Source: Phoronis australis
Lineage: Eukaryota; Animalia; Phoronida
NCBI GenBank assembly: GCA_002633005.1
Contig: NMRA01000422.1
Location: 248,001-312,000 of the forward strand
Reading direction: 5' to 3'
DNA: 64,000 nucleotides
A model generated the notes under the pieces. It searched no databases and had not been told where the DNA came from. It saw only the letters and a list, made by a program, of their open reading frames with translations. This document shows positions 36,001-46,803 of this stretch, in pieces (positions within the stretch are counted from its first letter, which is position 1; each line of letters starts with the position of its first letter). The translations under genes were made by a program, and so were the position numbers.

Positions 36001-37976
36001 CTTTAGAATGGGTTTGAATACTACGATACGACGAACTTACTAATTTTAAACGGTTAGGACTTACATCAGTTGTCTCCTAATCAAACTGTTTGCTGCTTGA
36101 AGTCGCCATTGTTTTGTTTACCTATAAGGTCAAACATCATATTTTCCATATAAGAGGAATGTGCTATGTCTATGTTAATTCATACCAAATGAGTAGACGT
36201 GCTTTCCCTTGTGGGAGACAAAATCGGTGAAATGACGAGCAGTAGACGGATCATTTTGTTTGAAATTTGAAGCTAAAAACAAGATGCTTTGACATCAACA
36301 GAAATTCAAATTTTTTACGAACAAACCGTAAAATACCTGGTGAACAGGTTGGATTCTGTTTCAGTGGCAGAGAACCATCTCCAGTAGTGCAATTTAGTCT
36401 ATTTTGTCGTTCCAGGGCTCTATAATGTCCATCATTATTCTATTTATATCTGCCATAAATTGTATTTATGTCTGACATAAGTCAGCCAGTGAGAATCGCC
36501 GATACGTTCATTGGTTCATTTGAAAGGAGGCCTTGCCGCCGGAGCACTTGCTAATGTTTCCAACCGATTCAATACCCTGTTAAGGTATTAGATGTTGACG
36601 CTTACATGTATATCAATGAAGAAACTTCTAACGCACTCGTTCACATCTCGCTTGAAATTTTGCAGAAAAACGGTATGGTCCGTAAGACGCGCCATGTTTG
36701 CGTAATAAGCTTGGAGAATGTAATGACGGTTCTCATTGGCTGACTTTTGTCAGACATAAATACGATTTATGTCAGATATAGATAAAATAATGGCGGACAT
36801 TAATCTTGTTTATATCTGACATATACAGGATTATGGCTGGCATTAATGAATTATGTACGGTATTAATCAAGAATTATGTCGGACACAAATTAGTTTACAT
36901 CAGACATTATTATTAATTCAGATTTATTTCAGATTGAATTCGAGTTTATGTCTGACATAATTCACAGCATCATATCTAAGAAATGTCTGGTTGGAATCAA
37001 ATAAAACATTCAGATGCACCGCTTGATGCACCGTGCTCGAAAATGCTGTCATGTATTGTTTGATTCACTTTTGCATGAGGGGCTATAAAAATGATATTTT
37101 ATGAAAAAATAGAGTAACGAAATGATTACTTAGAAAACAGTAACATTTTTTAAAGAAATACTACTGGGGTCCCTGCATATTCTACACACTCGTCAGAAAT
37201 GTTCACAGTATTGAAAATCAGCCCTAAGCACTTTAATCCCGTAAGGGAGTAGATTTTGATGGCTGGTGAAGGAGTATTCACCGACGTATTTTTATTCAGT
37301 GTTTTCACTTAAATCTGTTTGGGCTGATAGCTTTTGAAATGTCTGAATGTAAAATTATGAAAAGGATGATAACTGCATCAATAGGACGGTTATAGCTGTG
37401 GACATGCTTCTTTATGAAGTGAGCCGAGTCTTCACACATTTAGAAACCGCGGAAGAAGGGTTGTTTCGTGCTGTTTGAAAAGATGTATGCATATCGACCC
37501 GTTTCAAAACGGCGTGATTTATTATTATTATCTTTTTGTTATATTTATTACTTATGTGTTACAAACATTGTTTTTTCACTTCTTTGAAGAGTGGCAATTC
37601 GGCATGCTTTATGATTTACAACAGGTCTTTGAAGGGGCGTGAACGTTCCTCGGGCAACCAACCCGAATTCTCCAATGAATTTGGAAATGTTCCCCCACCC
37701 GCTTATGCCGACGGACCTTACAGTGAACGGAACGTGTGCACTTACAGCCAGGCTGGTGCACGTATTGTCTGCTACGACAATAAAGCATTTTCTGGAAAGC
37801 TAAATGATTATCCCAAGGGTGCCTATGTGGGCAGTGCACCTGTTTACGAAAGGACCGACCTGACTGAACAGAACAGTGAAAGGGGTGGAGCTGTTTATGA
37901 AACTCTTTCTCGTTACCAAGCTTCAGTTACTCCTCGACCTCATACTGGCAATGAATGGTATATTTCTCCCAACTAA
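1..37976 (+). CDS. Spliced gene, 5'-partial: cubilin-like multi-CUB + 5x TSP1 + TM + cytoplasmic tail receptor (14 exons in window)
   Basis: All exons are bounded by GT/AG, open, and phase-compatible in series, except the junction 23169 (phase 2) to 30797 (phase 1). CUB consensus (CGG..SPNYP..Y..C.W.I..F..C..DY..CG..F.TD..GF) occurs repeatedly. Confidence 0.8.
1256..1806. repeat. 44-bp minisatellite, 12 copies
   Basis: Unit TTACTAAGACTATCGATACAGATAGCGAACCTACATCGATCGAC repeated head to tail with small variants. Confidence 0.97.
2316..2477 (+). CDS. CUB exon (second half of CUB19-like domain)
   Basis: tgtag| GSNENRGLIGRYCGNN..LRVKFRTDSSLTYRGFQLSYNFS |gtgagt; 162 nt, phase 1-1. Confidence 0.9.
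2930..3051 (+). CDS. CUB exon (first half of CUB20-like domain); not in ORF track
   Basis: cgcag| QCGGVLSDESGIITSPNYPSAYPPNLACVWLIQAPEGHKIQ |gtgaag; phase 1-0. Confidence 0.92.
3240..4004 (+). mobile_element. Truncated, internally deleted non-LTR retrotransposon with (GAA)n tail
   Basis: 12-bp TSD GTATCCTCGGCA at 3228-3239 and 4005-4016; RT motif AAYVDLTKAFDKAW at ~3481; C-terminal IFRLRSGHCQL at ~3757. Confidence 0.85.
5271..5499 (+). CDS. CUB exon (second half of CUB20-like domain)
   Basis: ttgcag| VHTEDFNVQPSKDCQLDYLIVLNGDYASSPSIGRFCSN..EFRTDAVISAKGFKLRYMADNT-G |gtttgt; phase 0-1. Confidence 0.92.
7201..7388 (+). CDS. CUB exon (first half of CUB21-like domain)
   Basis: atgtag| GCGGFWHSSAGQLTSPNFPNHYPHNIECIWDI..GKCTYDYVE |gtaatt; phase 1-0. 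Confidence 0.92.
7849..8011 (+). CDS. CUB exon (second half of CUB21-like domain); not in ORF track
   Basis: gtttag| VSDYIYKTGKYTPILHACGNRLPPSQRSSNNRLRVKFRSDPWTNATGFSANWTT-G |gtacct; phase 0-1. Confidence 0.9.
10428..10540 (+). mobile_element. tRNA-derived SINE head
   Basis: A-box-like TGTAGCCTGGTTG and B-box GGTTCGAGTCCC; no complete cloverleaf. Confidence 0.55.
10957..11106 (+). CDS. CUB exon (first half of CUB22-like domain)
   Basis: ttatag| GCGFISTAQSGIFSSPGYPRAYDHNVRCEYLITGDPMELIIVEFKAFRLE-G |gtaagt; phase 1-1. Confidence 0.92.
11909..14251 (+). repeat. 5' LTR (interrupted at 12798-14240)
   Basis: Starts TGTCAGA; ends ..agtcaat[insert]attgtctgaca immediately before the PBS. Confidence 0.88.
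12798..14240. mobile_element. Non-autonomous TIR DNA transposon inserted in the 5' LTR (AT duplication, ISL2EU/PHIS-like)
   Basis: TIR AGCGGAGTTGCAAC / GTTGCAATTCCGCT; flanked by AT on both sides; the empty site is visible in the 3' LTR (agtcaatcgtctgaca). Confidence 0.8.
14254..14270 (+). promoter_or_regulatory. Primer-binding site, tRNA-Pro type
   Basis: TGGGGGCCAGTCCGGGA 2 nt after the LTR end; 2 mismatches from the tRNA-Pro PBS TGGGGGCTCGTCCGGGA. Confidence 0.85.
14381..15562 (+). pseudogene. gag: Gypsy gag: coiled coil, SCAN-related capsid, CCHC knuckle; in-frame TGA at 15014-15016
   Basis: PKLPRFDE..DAFLARFE..YDQLKVALLHRY..LLIREQFL..FLRERKPKT; CFNCHRKGHLTRDC; ORFs 14381 and 15107 are in the same frame. 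Confidence 0.92.
15610..17074 (+). pseudogene. pol: Gypsy pol remnant: aspartic protease followed directly by integrase; RT/RNase H absent
   Basis: RDTGC protease motif; HHCC zinc domain AHESIVGGHLG..FY*P..CRSCDICQR; rve core YATRYPEAVPL..SDCGTQFTS; WRGPY module after an internal deletion near 16724. Confidence 0.92.
17075..19683. mobile_element. Helentron/HINE-like non-autonomous repeat in ~2.2 tandem units of ~1.15-1.25 kb with (GAT/GAC)n tracts
   Basis: CACAGCCGCCAT(C/T)TTGG recurs at ~17125, ~18273 and ~19517; ACTTGGCGAAA/TTTCGCCAAGT subterminal motifs and hairpins; replaces RT and the first ~260 bp of the 3' LTR. Family assignment is by resemblance only. Confidence 0.7.
19684..20312 (+). 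repeat. 3' LTR (5'-truncated)
   Basis: Aligns to 12172 onward (13 differences in the first 129 bp by eye, fewer afterwards); ends TCTGACA. Confidence 0.92.
21006..21197 (+). CDS. CUB exon (second half of CUB22-like domain)
   Basis: tttcag| GYTNCLLGDSLTIYEGSSTSQPPIRRLCGS..LLVFSTDSSLSYSGFNATFRRT |gtaagt; phase 1-1. Confidence 0.92.
23037..23169 (+). CDS. CUB exon (first half of CUB23-like domain; partner exon not found)
   Basis: Long pyrimidine tract + acgcag| SCGGELTTPTGTLASSSHLPTYHRNFACRWTITVKQNRIVEIIL-R |gtatgt; phase 1-2. Confidence 0.85.
25426..25923. mobile_element. MITE with Harbinger-like TIRs
   Basis: AGGGCCTTTCATACTAAC vs reverse complement of the right end GGGCCCTTTCACATTGAC; internal GTTAACTTCGC repeats. 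Confidence 0.45.
29400..29812. repeat. Array of the palindromic motif AAAACTTAAGTTTT
   Basis: More than 15 degenerate copies of AACTTAAGTT at ~20-23 bp spacing. Confidence 0.9.
30797..30993 (+). CDS. CUB exon (first half of CUB24-like domain)
   Basis: ttatag| (G)VNQGCGGVLTSPSGTFGFPP..YGAGLTCTWFI..FNSLDIEYHSRCIHGYVQ |gtttgt; phase 1-0. Confidence 0.9.
31218..31380 (+). CDS. CUB exon (second half of CUB24-like domain); not in ORF track
   Basis: ttttag| VRNGNTSTAPLFDRYCGTTTPAPIIASSKLITVTLVSNAMVSRNLFNISYRSVD |gtaagc; phase 0-1. Confidence 0.9.
31665..33312. mobile_element. Non-autonomous Kolobok-type DNA transposon
   Basis: TTAA TSD at 31661-31664 and 33313-33316; TIR AGGAGCATGCCACCC / GGGTGGCATTCTCCT; related fragments at ~62716-62889. 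Confidence 0.85.
34064..34867 (+). CDS. Exon with five thrombospondin type-1 (TSP1) repeats
   Basis: ctgcag|..|gtaagt, 804 nt, phase 1-1; five WSxWxxWxxCSxSC..RxRxC repeats (e.g. [29 protein letters not shown]). Confidence 0.95.
35133..35235 (+). CDS. Transmembrane exon; not in ORF track
   Basis: atttag| GEANTGVATIVGITVGGIIVIVVIVGAAIIIYKR-M |gtaagt; hydrophobic stretch followed by a KR stop-transfer; phase 1-2. Confidence 0.92.
35332..36969. mobile_element. Foldback MITE with long inverted arms, interrupted at ~35510-36420
   Basis: 35332-35508 is the inverted counterpart of ~36805-36969, and 36422-36500 of ~36725-36803; TATGTCTGACATAA-like subrepeats. Confidence 0.7.
37625..37976 (+). CDS. 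Terminal exon, cytoplasmic tail (116 aa, 10 Tyr)
   Basis: caacag|G completes the AT|G codon; reads SLKGRERSSG..PPPAY..YDNKAF..VYETL..WYISPN then TAA. Confidence 0.85.
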
Positions 37977-40900
37977 AATCGCCCTCGTTGTTACAGATGT
38001 GGCGCTGAGGCCCAAATGTTTTCTGAACTGTCGTCAGACAACTTTCTTTTGTATACCACTCTGCACTCCTGAGAATTCTGAATGGATATCAATGAGATTT
38101 GTTCCCTGGAGGTCTAACTTAAAGTAGTGTAGGTGCTTAGAAACATGTACAAATTGGAACAATATATCTCGAAAATTAAAGATATGAGAGTTTTTGATAC
38201 TGGGATGCAATGGTCTCCCTTGTAATATGAAAACTTGTCAAATGTTTATAAATAACTGTTAGCATGGCTTCGCTGCACGTGAGCACTGAATTGACCTTGA
38301 GACAGCCGTGCCTTTCAGTCACACCATAGACTATAGATAGGGACTGCCAACTCCCGTTAGAGTGCGTTGTGCATGTCGCAGGCCACAGGACATAAGCACT
38401 AACGATGAGAGGGCGCTGCACACGCAGGATAGAAATCTTCCGGTTTTATGGAGCTGTCGTTCCTTCGTTTCAAGATTTTGGTAAAGTAATGAGTTGAATT
38501 GCTTGATTTTTTGGAGTGTTTAAGACTTAAATAAAATGCGTATACTGTTCTCTGTCATGTCATTTAAAACATTCACAAGATAATTCAGACATCTAATGAG
38601 TTATTAACGCCAGAAACGTCTTCAGCTGTGTTAAAGTCCTTCTCTCAAACTGCCCATGTGGTTCCAGTATCCGAAAATACTTACTACATAAATTCTTATT
38701 TTCGACACCCTTTCTTCATATTCTTTTCGCCTTTCTTGCCGAAAGCGCTTTTTAACAATATTTGACCCTTCTCTGTGAACGTATAATTACCGGCTGTCAT
38801 CGGGTATTTCCGTACCCACATTTCCGGCTCATCAGTTCAGGAACTTGTCCTGAACGCCGCCATTTTTTCCATGTAACTGAATGTGCTATGGCTTGCTCGA
38901 AAAGTCTTAATTATTTTGTTTTATTAGTAATATCTCGTGATTCGTTTGCATATGTAGTGTATTTATAGTTTGTAGTTAATGGTCGTTGATTTTTTGGAAT
39001 GTTACGCGTACTTAGAATGTTAAAATAGCATTGGTGTTTAGTTCCTTGCGTAGGCCGGTCGAACCTAGGAACCAATATGGGTCGAACCAATTTTTTTGGT
39101 TATATTTTTTTTCTCGTTTTGAAAAAGCACTTTGCTATCATCGGAAAGGTAATACATTCTACTCAGTAAAAATCGAAAAGTATCAAAATCGGGGCAAGCA
39201 GTGTAAAGTTATTACAAGTTTTGTGGCGAAATCTGGGTCACTTTGTTTGGATCGCGTCGGCCATATTGGAGGACAGCGGGATAAGTTACGAGTTTAAAAC
39301 TTTGTGTAAATTGTTTTCGCCAACAATTTACGGTGAAATTTAGTTAGACATATCTTTACTTACTATTCTGCGTGATTTAACAGTGTTCACCAGGTTTCAG
39401 CCTCGCAGTTGTTACTCATTAAGTGATAAATGTGCTCACAATTCCCTTTGGACCTCGTCTCATTTCTGGCGGCACCGACAACATGGCGACGTTTGCTGGA
39501 CTGAAAGGCATGTTCAATCGGCTACTTTGTAATTTGTGAAGATTTAACGTTGATACATTTTGACAAACGTTGCTACAAAAAGAAACTTTGTTCAATTTTC
39601 GGGTTTTTTGTTCAAAAATATAAGATATATTCGAATTATTTTACAGTAAATTTCCCATTCATGTGATCTTACACTAAGCTAAAAAAATAGTTGAAATAAT
39701 TTTGAAATGTTTTTTTGTTTGACTGTCAACTGCTGTTCAAGACTTGATTCGGTGTCACAAAATGACTCATATTTTTCTAAATTTTAAGTCTCAATTGTTT
39801 TCAAGTCACGTTTTGTAACTTATTGCTTCTTAATTCAGGTTATCAAGTCAACAATATGAATAATCTTAACTTGAGAAATAAGCTATGTTGGATTGTGCAG
39901 CTTCAAGCCTCTAATTCTTGTTCCTTGCAACTTCATATTTTTTTAAATGATGCTTGTCAAATTCTGGTTGAAGGAAACACTATTCCGTCACCATGGTAAT
40001 AGTTACATGTATGTCCACTTTCATATCATGGAAACTGTTGCTGTTGAATAGTGTTTGTAATGCTAAATGTTGTAAAGTATTGTGCATTTTAAGTTACTTA
40101 TTATGTTAAAAGTTTGATTCATTTTGGGATAATGAATAAAAAATGATAGCATGTTGTATTGGACTTGTCATACTTATGTGCTCGAACGAGCCCCCTTTTT
40201 GAAGAACTGGAAAAAGGTATGCATCAGTCACAGAAGCAATAATTCCGAAAAAATAGAAAACGAGAAATATTCCACTAGAAGACAGGAAGTACCAAAACTT
40301 AGAGTCTGCAATTCATAGCTATGAACATACCCACTGAATCTTATAGTAAAAGATAGACATTCCCAAAAATTCCAGCCCCCCATTCTTCTAGGCTTGGTGC
40401 GCTCATACAAAGTCTAGGAAAATCTCTATTGAAAGCCAACAACTTTGCACAGTTCGCCAGAAGTACCAAAGTTCTAAATAAACCTCGCCTAAGGATAGCC
40501 TTTGCGCAAAGCTGTATAGGCCTACTAACAAGCTGTATTTTGACGATAGTCTTCACTGGTAGCTGGTGACTGAGGCTAACTAAGGTCTGCCGCGGCAGTG
40601 TGACACAGGACTAACCAGCCCGTAATTTCATGCAAGTGTCAGAAACTACCCTTGAATATATTCAGCATTTATGATTTGACCATTTTACTTCGACAAAACA
40701 GCTTGCAACCGCATGCATTTACCGTTCGCCAGTGTCTGGTCTCGATCCGCACCGGTTCCGATAGGCTGCGGTCCTGAGTCTGGCAAAATAATTTCTGTCA
40801 AAATTTATTCGCCACATTTCTTCAGCAATTTCGATAAAATTATCCGTAGTTTGATTTTATGAAAATTAAGGCGCGCTGTCGATTATTTTTTCCCCGTTTG

Positions 40901-41695
40901 CAGGCTGGTAACAGGCACTCACACTGACGGCGTTTTCTTAGCCTGGGTTCCTGAATGAATTATACTTCCGGGTTCGCGGCAAGTTCAAAATGGCGGTGGT
41001 TCTTCGGGTGCGAATCGTGAGTGGCGCGTTCATTTAAACTTTTTTTCGAGTACAGATCGTGTGTTAGTTATGGGGTAGGTACTTCTTGGATCCTTATAAC
41101 ATCCTCTAACCATGTAATAAGGGTTAACAACGCGTGAAAGATGGACTTTAACTTTTATAATCGTTTAAGCCATCATGTAACTATTGTGAAAATGGTGACA
41201 CACTGAGTAAGAATTGCGATCTTGTTCATTAACCATGAAGTCTCTCACAGTTTACTCTAGCATACATCCGGAACTTTGACTTGTAACGGAAAATGATTAC
41301 TTTAGAGTGCTCACATTTTGGCTGTCAATGTTTTGCAACTACATGTAGTAAAGTACAAAGTCATGGTTTCCGTGTGTTTACCCAATATGTACGTGTATTT
41401 GACGAGTATTGCTCAAGGCCTGTTGCACGATTTAGATGCATTATGTAGAGTTCCCTACCATATTCTGAGATTTAATGTTCAGCCTTTCGAAATGCTTATT
41501 TTGACTCGTTAATATAAATGTATACATGAAATTTACCTTTGTCTTATTTAAGCTGTCCCAAAAATCAGAACCAACCATCCGATCAAGTTGAGGACTTTTT
41601 TCTAAACCTTTTCTAGCACAGATGTTCGACACTGAGATGGGAATGTGTGACGTTAACCAACAAAAAATACATAAGTAGGCCCCTACTTTGACTAG

Positions 41696-43030
41696 GCAGC
41701 TCCCAATTTTTCTCGATAATGATTGGTCATAAGGATGACGTCGAATGACATAGCAACGAAGCCTGGCCCTAAGAACTGTATTTTTTCAATGAAATAATAC
41801 CAAAGTATCAGTACATGACGAGATCAATCAAAACGAAAAATCAAATCATCATTCACTACAGAACACAGGGCACCTCCTGAGAGCAAAAAAGCACAAAGCC
41901 GTCACGCTATAATCAAGCAAACTCAACTCTAATACCTGACTTGAGGCGACCAAAAATTCACAAGTGATTGTGCCAGTACGCACAAGCATCCTATCAAAAA
42001 GAACTTGTTCCTGAGATACCAAATGGCATTTTTGAGTTCACAAGAAAGAAGTAAAAACACTATTATAAGACCCACTCTAATACTTAAAATTAAGCAAAAA
42101 AGAATGTTGCGCTTCGTCAACTCAACAGGTTTTCTAAATTTAGCAGTTAATAGTGTCCTTTCACACAAGGGAAACGACAACGCTGCCAAAGAAGAGATGA
42201 CGTACAGTTTCATCATCAGCAGTACAAAGACTACACTCAGAATCAGCACAGATGCCGTGACGATACAACTCGGACTTGACGGGTAAGATGTCGTTGACAA
42301 TCTTCCAAGCTACGNTTCCAGCCTCCATCAGCCAAGCCTTTAGAAGATCAACGATATTAACTTGTATTGACAACTGGAATTCCTTACCATTCAAAATAAA
42401 AGAAAGCACTTCAATCGTCACTCTCAAAAATAACTTTAAAATGCATACCACTACTCCAGACTTGCCTGTCCCATTGACATCATTCCAACTTCCCCGCAAC
42501 CATGAAATAACCCTATACAGATCAAGATGTGGTCTATTCCTAAACAACGAGAAATTTAGACATAATTTTAATAATATTTTGGCTCTGTGTTCCTGTGGAG
42601 ATACCCAGACATATCCTCACATTTTTTTTGCTTGTGAGGTATGCAAGGAGGAGAGGGTACAGCTCTTCCAGGCACTCGAACAATACCCCAATGTTTATAA
42701 AAATACTCTGAAATTCCGCAATTGTACAACAAAATTAATTTCTTTCTATATGGATGTCAAGAACTTAACTCAAACGAAAATATGGTTTTATTTGAAATAG
42801 TATCAGAATTTCTTTATAACATTAAATCTCTTTGTGTGAGTGGATAGAATTTTATACATCTGTATGAAAATAAATTATTTTCATTCGTTGTCATCTATCA
42901 TTGTATTCTTAACATCATTATTTATGTATTTGTATATAATCATTGTATATAGAATTCTTTGTATTTTTTTACCCAGATCTAATGTATATTCATTGTATTC
43001 TGAAGATTTCGTAATAAACATTAAAAAAAA
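41696..43030 (+). mobile_element. 5'-truncated CR1/L2-group LINE
   Basis: 11-bp TSD ACTTTGACTAG at 41685-41695 and 43031-43041; AATAAA plus A-tail; C-terminal WNSLP..CSCG..HIFFAC motif in ORF 42276-42800. Confidence 0.88.
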
Positions 43031-43107
43031 ACTTTGACTAGATTTTAGCTAGGTCCTAGCGTAGGTCCTAGCGTCTACCGAACGCACGCCTGATATGTCG
43101 ACACTTG

Positions 43108-46100
43108 CAGCCGATTTCATAAAGGTGGCTTAAAGTTAAACCTGGTTTAAATTGGACTTAGACAGGTTTAAAGATAATCTGGTGGTTTGACTGAGAAAAA
43201 TGGACTAGTAAAACCATGGTTTAATTCCAGTTTAGACCTAGTCTAAGTCAGTTTTCATTTCACCAACGAGATCTATGTTCCTTATACCTGCATTTTAATA
43301 CAGGTAAAACTTTAGATGTGGTCAGACCCAGGCTTAATACTGTGAAATATGGCAGGCTTGCACGATATAGGTGTAAATGAATGATGTCGCAGTGTGCATT
43401 TACGACGTACAGGTTTCAGAGCGAGAGTGGACTATTTTCAATTTTGAGTTATAACAACGACACAAGATCAAACGTAGCAGGGTGGGATCCATGATTTTTT
43501 AAAGGGGGGTGTCGGATCAAGAATTTTCTTAAAGGGGCTTCATGTCAACAATGTGAAAATTATAGATTTAATATCACTAAAATCAAGGGAAAAAGGGGGT
43601 CCGGACCCATTGACCCCCCTACATCGGCCTATGCATAGACCAGTACGTGTTGCAGGGTGTCCTTCCGATTCCTCAGAATACGTCGTCGTAAGCGCTAGGT
43701 GTTTAAATGAAGACGGCATTCTCTGATTCTTCTGACTGAGTTCCACCTCCATCGGTCCCCGATTTAAAGTTGTCGGGCATGGGTTCTGCTCCCCCTTTGG
43801 CCCCAAAGATAAACTTTAAAATGACACCGAAATAAATTTTGACATTGATTATGTTGCGGTTATTAAGGAACAGGTACTTTAATGTTTGTACATGTACGTG
43901 CGTTACAAAATGAAAAATGTCCCCTCGTGATATCCTATATCTGCCACAAGGTCTCTCACCGTTTTTGTTTGCAATTTTTCACTTCTTCTCTATCAAATAG
44001 GCCTTTTCTCTGATCAGTTCCGAGAGGGAACATTTTTCCTCACGAAAAAAGCATTTAGACCTTTTTTGCAAATGTCTGCACTGATTCTACTACTGTGCGT
44101 CATTCTATACCCACGTGATCAATGTTACATTGAAGCACTTCAATAGTTTCTTTGTTGGGTTAATCCAGTTCGACACAGTAGGGTGGCTTTGATAAGCCGT
44201 AAAACGTAACAATTTCGTAAAATGTAACAACGATATTGTTTGTAAATGTAACTATATCCTTCCGTAGTTTGCCACGAAGACCTGAATTCAGACTGCCATC
44301 TTTTACTTGTGACTTACATATGAAAGTCAGGATACCCACCATGTTATCATTTTTGTCTCTTGTTGAAAACATTCCTTTTCAAAGAATTGGGTCTCGTTCC
44401 AAAATCTAACTTCAAAAACTTCTTTAAGTTGAATTCTGAAGGTAGACATTTTTTCGAGAACTAGCGACTGCGGTCACTGGGTCATTAAAATAACTGGTAA
44501 CGGACATACAAAACACGCAACAATTTTATGTGGAACGGGACCCAGAATTCAATGATTGAACTGAGTGATTTGAACTAGGTTTCATTGAAAGTGGGTTGTA
44601 AAAAACAAGAACGGTCAATGTCAAAGTCAGCGATGCTTAATATGCGCTTTTTATTCGATGTAGCAAATGGGACACTACAGCAAATTTTCTGCCACGAGTG
44701 TTGTTGACAGCGAGCTGCAACTCAAAAATGGCGCCTTATGAGACACGTGGCTTCACGTCCATTAATAATAGAATGTCCAATCTCTGTCTTTATTTAAACG
44801 TGCTTCTGACTAACAAACATTGACCAAATAGCAATTTTAATTGACATTTTATCTTAAAATATTGATATTTTATCTTAAAAGATCATAGAAAGAGAAAGCG
44901 CATGTTTTGTAGTCCAAAAGGCCCACAGTAAGCTATTTCCGGATTGGTACTTTAAACTGTCGACGTAGACTCGGTATGACTACAATGACCGTGTCCTTCC
45001 AGAGTGGCAAATGTTTTCTATTTCCCCAGCTAGGCCACCCATTTTTACATGTGCATGTCGCGGTTTGATCAGTTGTTACCACCACCACTAATTCAGACAG
45101 GTTTGACATCATAGGAACGAAAATACTTCTTTCAGCTTTAAGCTTTTTAAAACACGTTACTATGGCGTTAATTTTTTAAACTATTGGCTCTCTCATATCA
45201 GACGCGATCTTTTGCTCTTGCACTGGCAAAATCTATCAACCTGTCCGAAAATAAATGCGTGCTTTTACATTGTATTTCCTTCTACCACAATGTCTTTAAA
45301 AATTGTCATTCGTAGCTAAGGTGGTAGACAGAACCCGTCCGTCGGCATCAGACACTTTGGTCTTCCCCCTTTGTGTGGAGCATTAACCATGATTCCAAGG
45401 CAATAAAACACTGGCTCAAATATATCAAACTATCGTGTACTAAAACGGGTGTTTTTTCAATCAAATTGCCTTCCAAAATTGAATTCTCCATGAAAAACAA
45501 TTGTTATAATTATCGTTTGTTCCCGAAGAAATGCGATAAATATTAGCCAAAATATGATGTCATTGTTTCTGTTCATGGTACTAAGGGAAGTGTTTTTACC
45601 GTAATGCCGGACTCACAATTGGGTGTGACCTGTGAACGCCAAGAAGAGATTCCAAGAACGCTTTAACAATAAAAACGTTTTACCTAATCCGGGAATTTCC
45701 TTTCGTCTGGAGTTGAAACTGTACGGGGTACATTTTCGACTATACCAAAAAACTACTCATGTTAAAACAACAATGGAAAGCCACATAGAGACACATCTAT
45801 AAATTCAAGCTGGCACATTTGATAGAATTTCATTCAAACAATCCGAGAAAGAAGACGTTAAGTGCATGACCTGTTTTCCTCCGTGACACAAATACCATGC
45901 AAACTCATGAAATATGACGTAGCTTTCGTAAAATGTAACAATGGTACATTTGTCGCATGTGCATTTGACGTAAATTGCAAAACAGTTTCATAACAACTTC
46001 TTACATTTTAGGAGAGGCCTTACAACGTAAATTGTAACAGTTGTTACATTTTACGTATCATGACGTGCATACTTTAAACCTGGTTTTACTACATCCGCTC

Positions 46101-46205
46101 CCTGGTCTAAGAAAACCAGGCTTTCAGACTTTTAAACCACGTTTAGGAAGACCAGGTTTAAGTCTTTAACCTGGTTTTGTTAAACCACCTCCATGAAATC
46201 GGCTG
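43108..46205. mobile_element. TIR element with nested insertions
   Basis: 26-bp TIR CAGCCGATTTCATAAAGGTGGCTTAA vs CAGCCGATTTCATGGAGGTGGTTTAA (revcomp of right end); AAACC(A/T)GGTTT subrepeats; nested element ~44190-46063 with CGTAAAATGTAACAAC inverted ends. Confidence 0.8.
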
Positions 46206-46451
46206 TAAGTATTTATTTTCAAATGGAAGTTACTTTCAACGATGTAAGGTGTCCGAAGTGGAAAATCAAGAAACAAAAAATATAAATTTGGAAGTATCTT
46301 GTTGTTATTTCAGTGATTGTGCATTGCTACTTGATTAGCCGGCGAAAAGAAAATCGAATTAGTCCTTATTGTCATGCAACCAGTTCTTTGTCAACAGGAA
46401 TCTAATAGATAACGCGTTCATGCGCCGTTTTTCAATTAATTGCTATTATAG

Positions 46452-46803
46452 TGTTCAGTGAAGGGAAACTGGTCCGGGTGGACACCGTGGTCGTCGTGTA
46501 TTAAGACTTGTGACAATGGTGAGAAGACCCATTCAAGAGTGTGTTGGCAGCTTCTATATGGCAACCACCATTGTGTCGGAGACAGCACCGGATGGAAGAT
46601 TTGTCAAACCATCCTCTGCTCCGTAAGTAAGTAGTGTGTGATGGAATAGGGAAGAATGGACGCCGTGCACCAAACAATGCGGTGATTACGTAACCAGGCA
46701 GCGAAAGTGTGACAACCCAATTCCAGTAAATGGCGGGAAGTCGTTTGATGGCGTCCAGTGTGAAACAAAGTGTGCTAAAACTGCTTATGAAACGAATTTG
46801 TAA
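46452..46803 (+). pseudogene. Decayed paralogue of TSP1 repeats 4-5
   Basis: CSVKGNWSGWTPWSSCIKTCDNG..CVGDSTGWKICQTILC, then stop/frameshift, then EEWTPCTKQCGDYVTRQRKCDNPIPVNGGK; collinear with 34513-34860. Confidence 0.9.

Noticed and set aside
40960-41080. Housekeeping-type promoter (ACTTCCGG, AAAATGGCGG)
   Set aside because: ATG followed by only 15 codons and no downstream exons identified; such motifs are common in the local repeats
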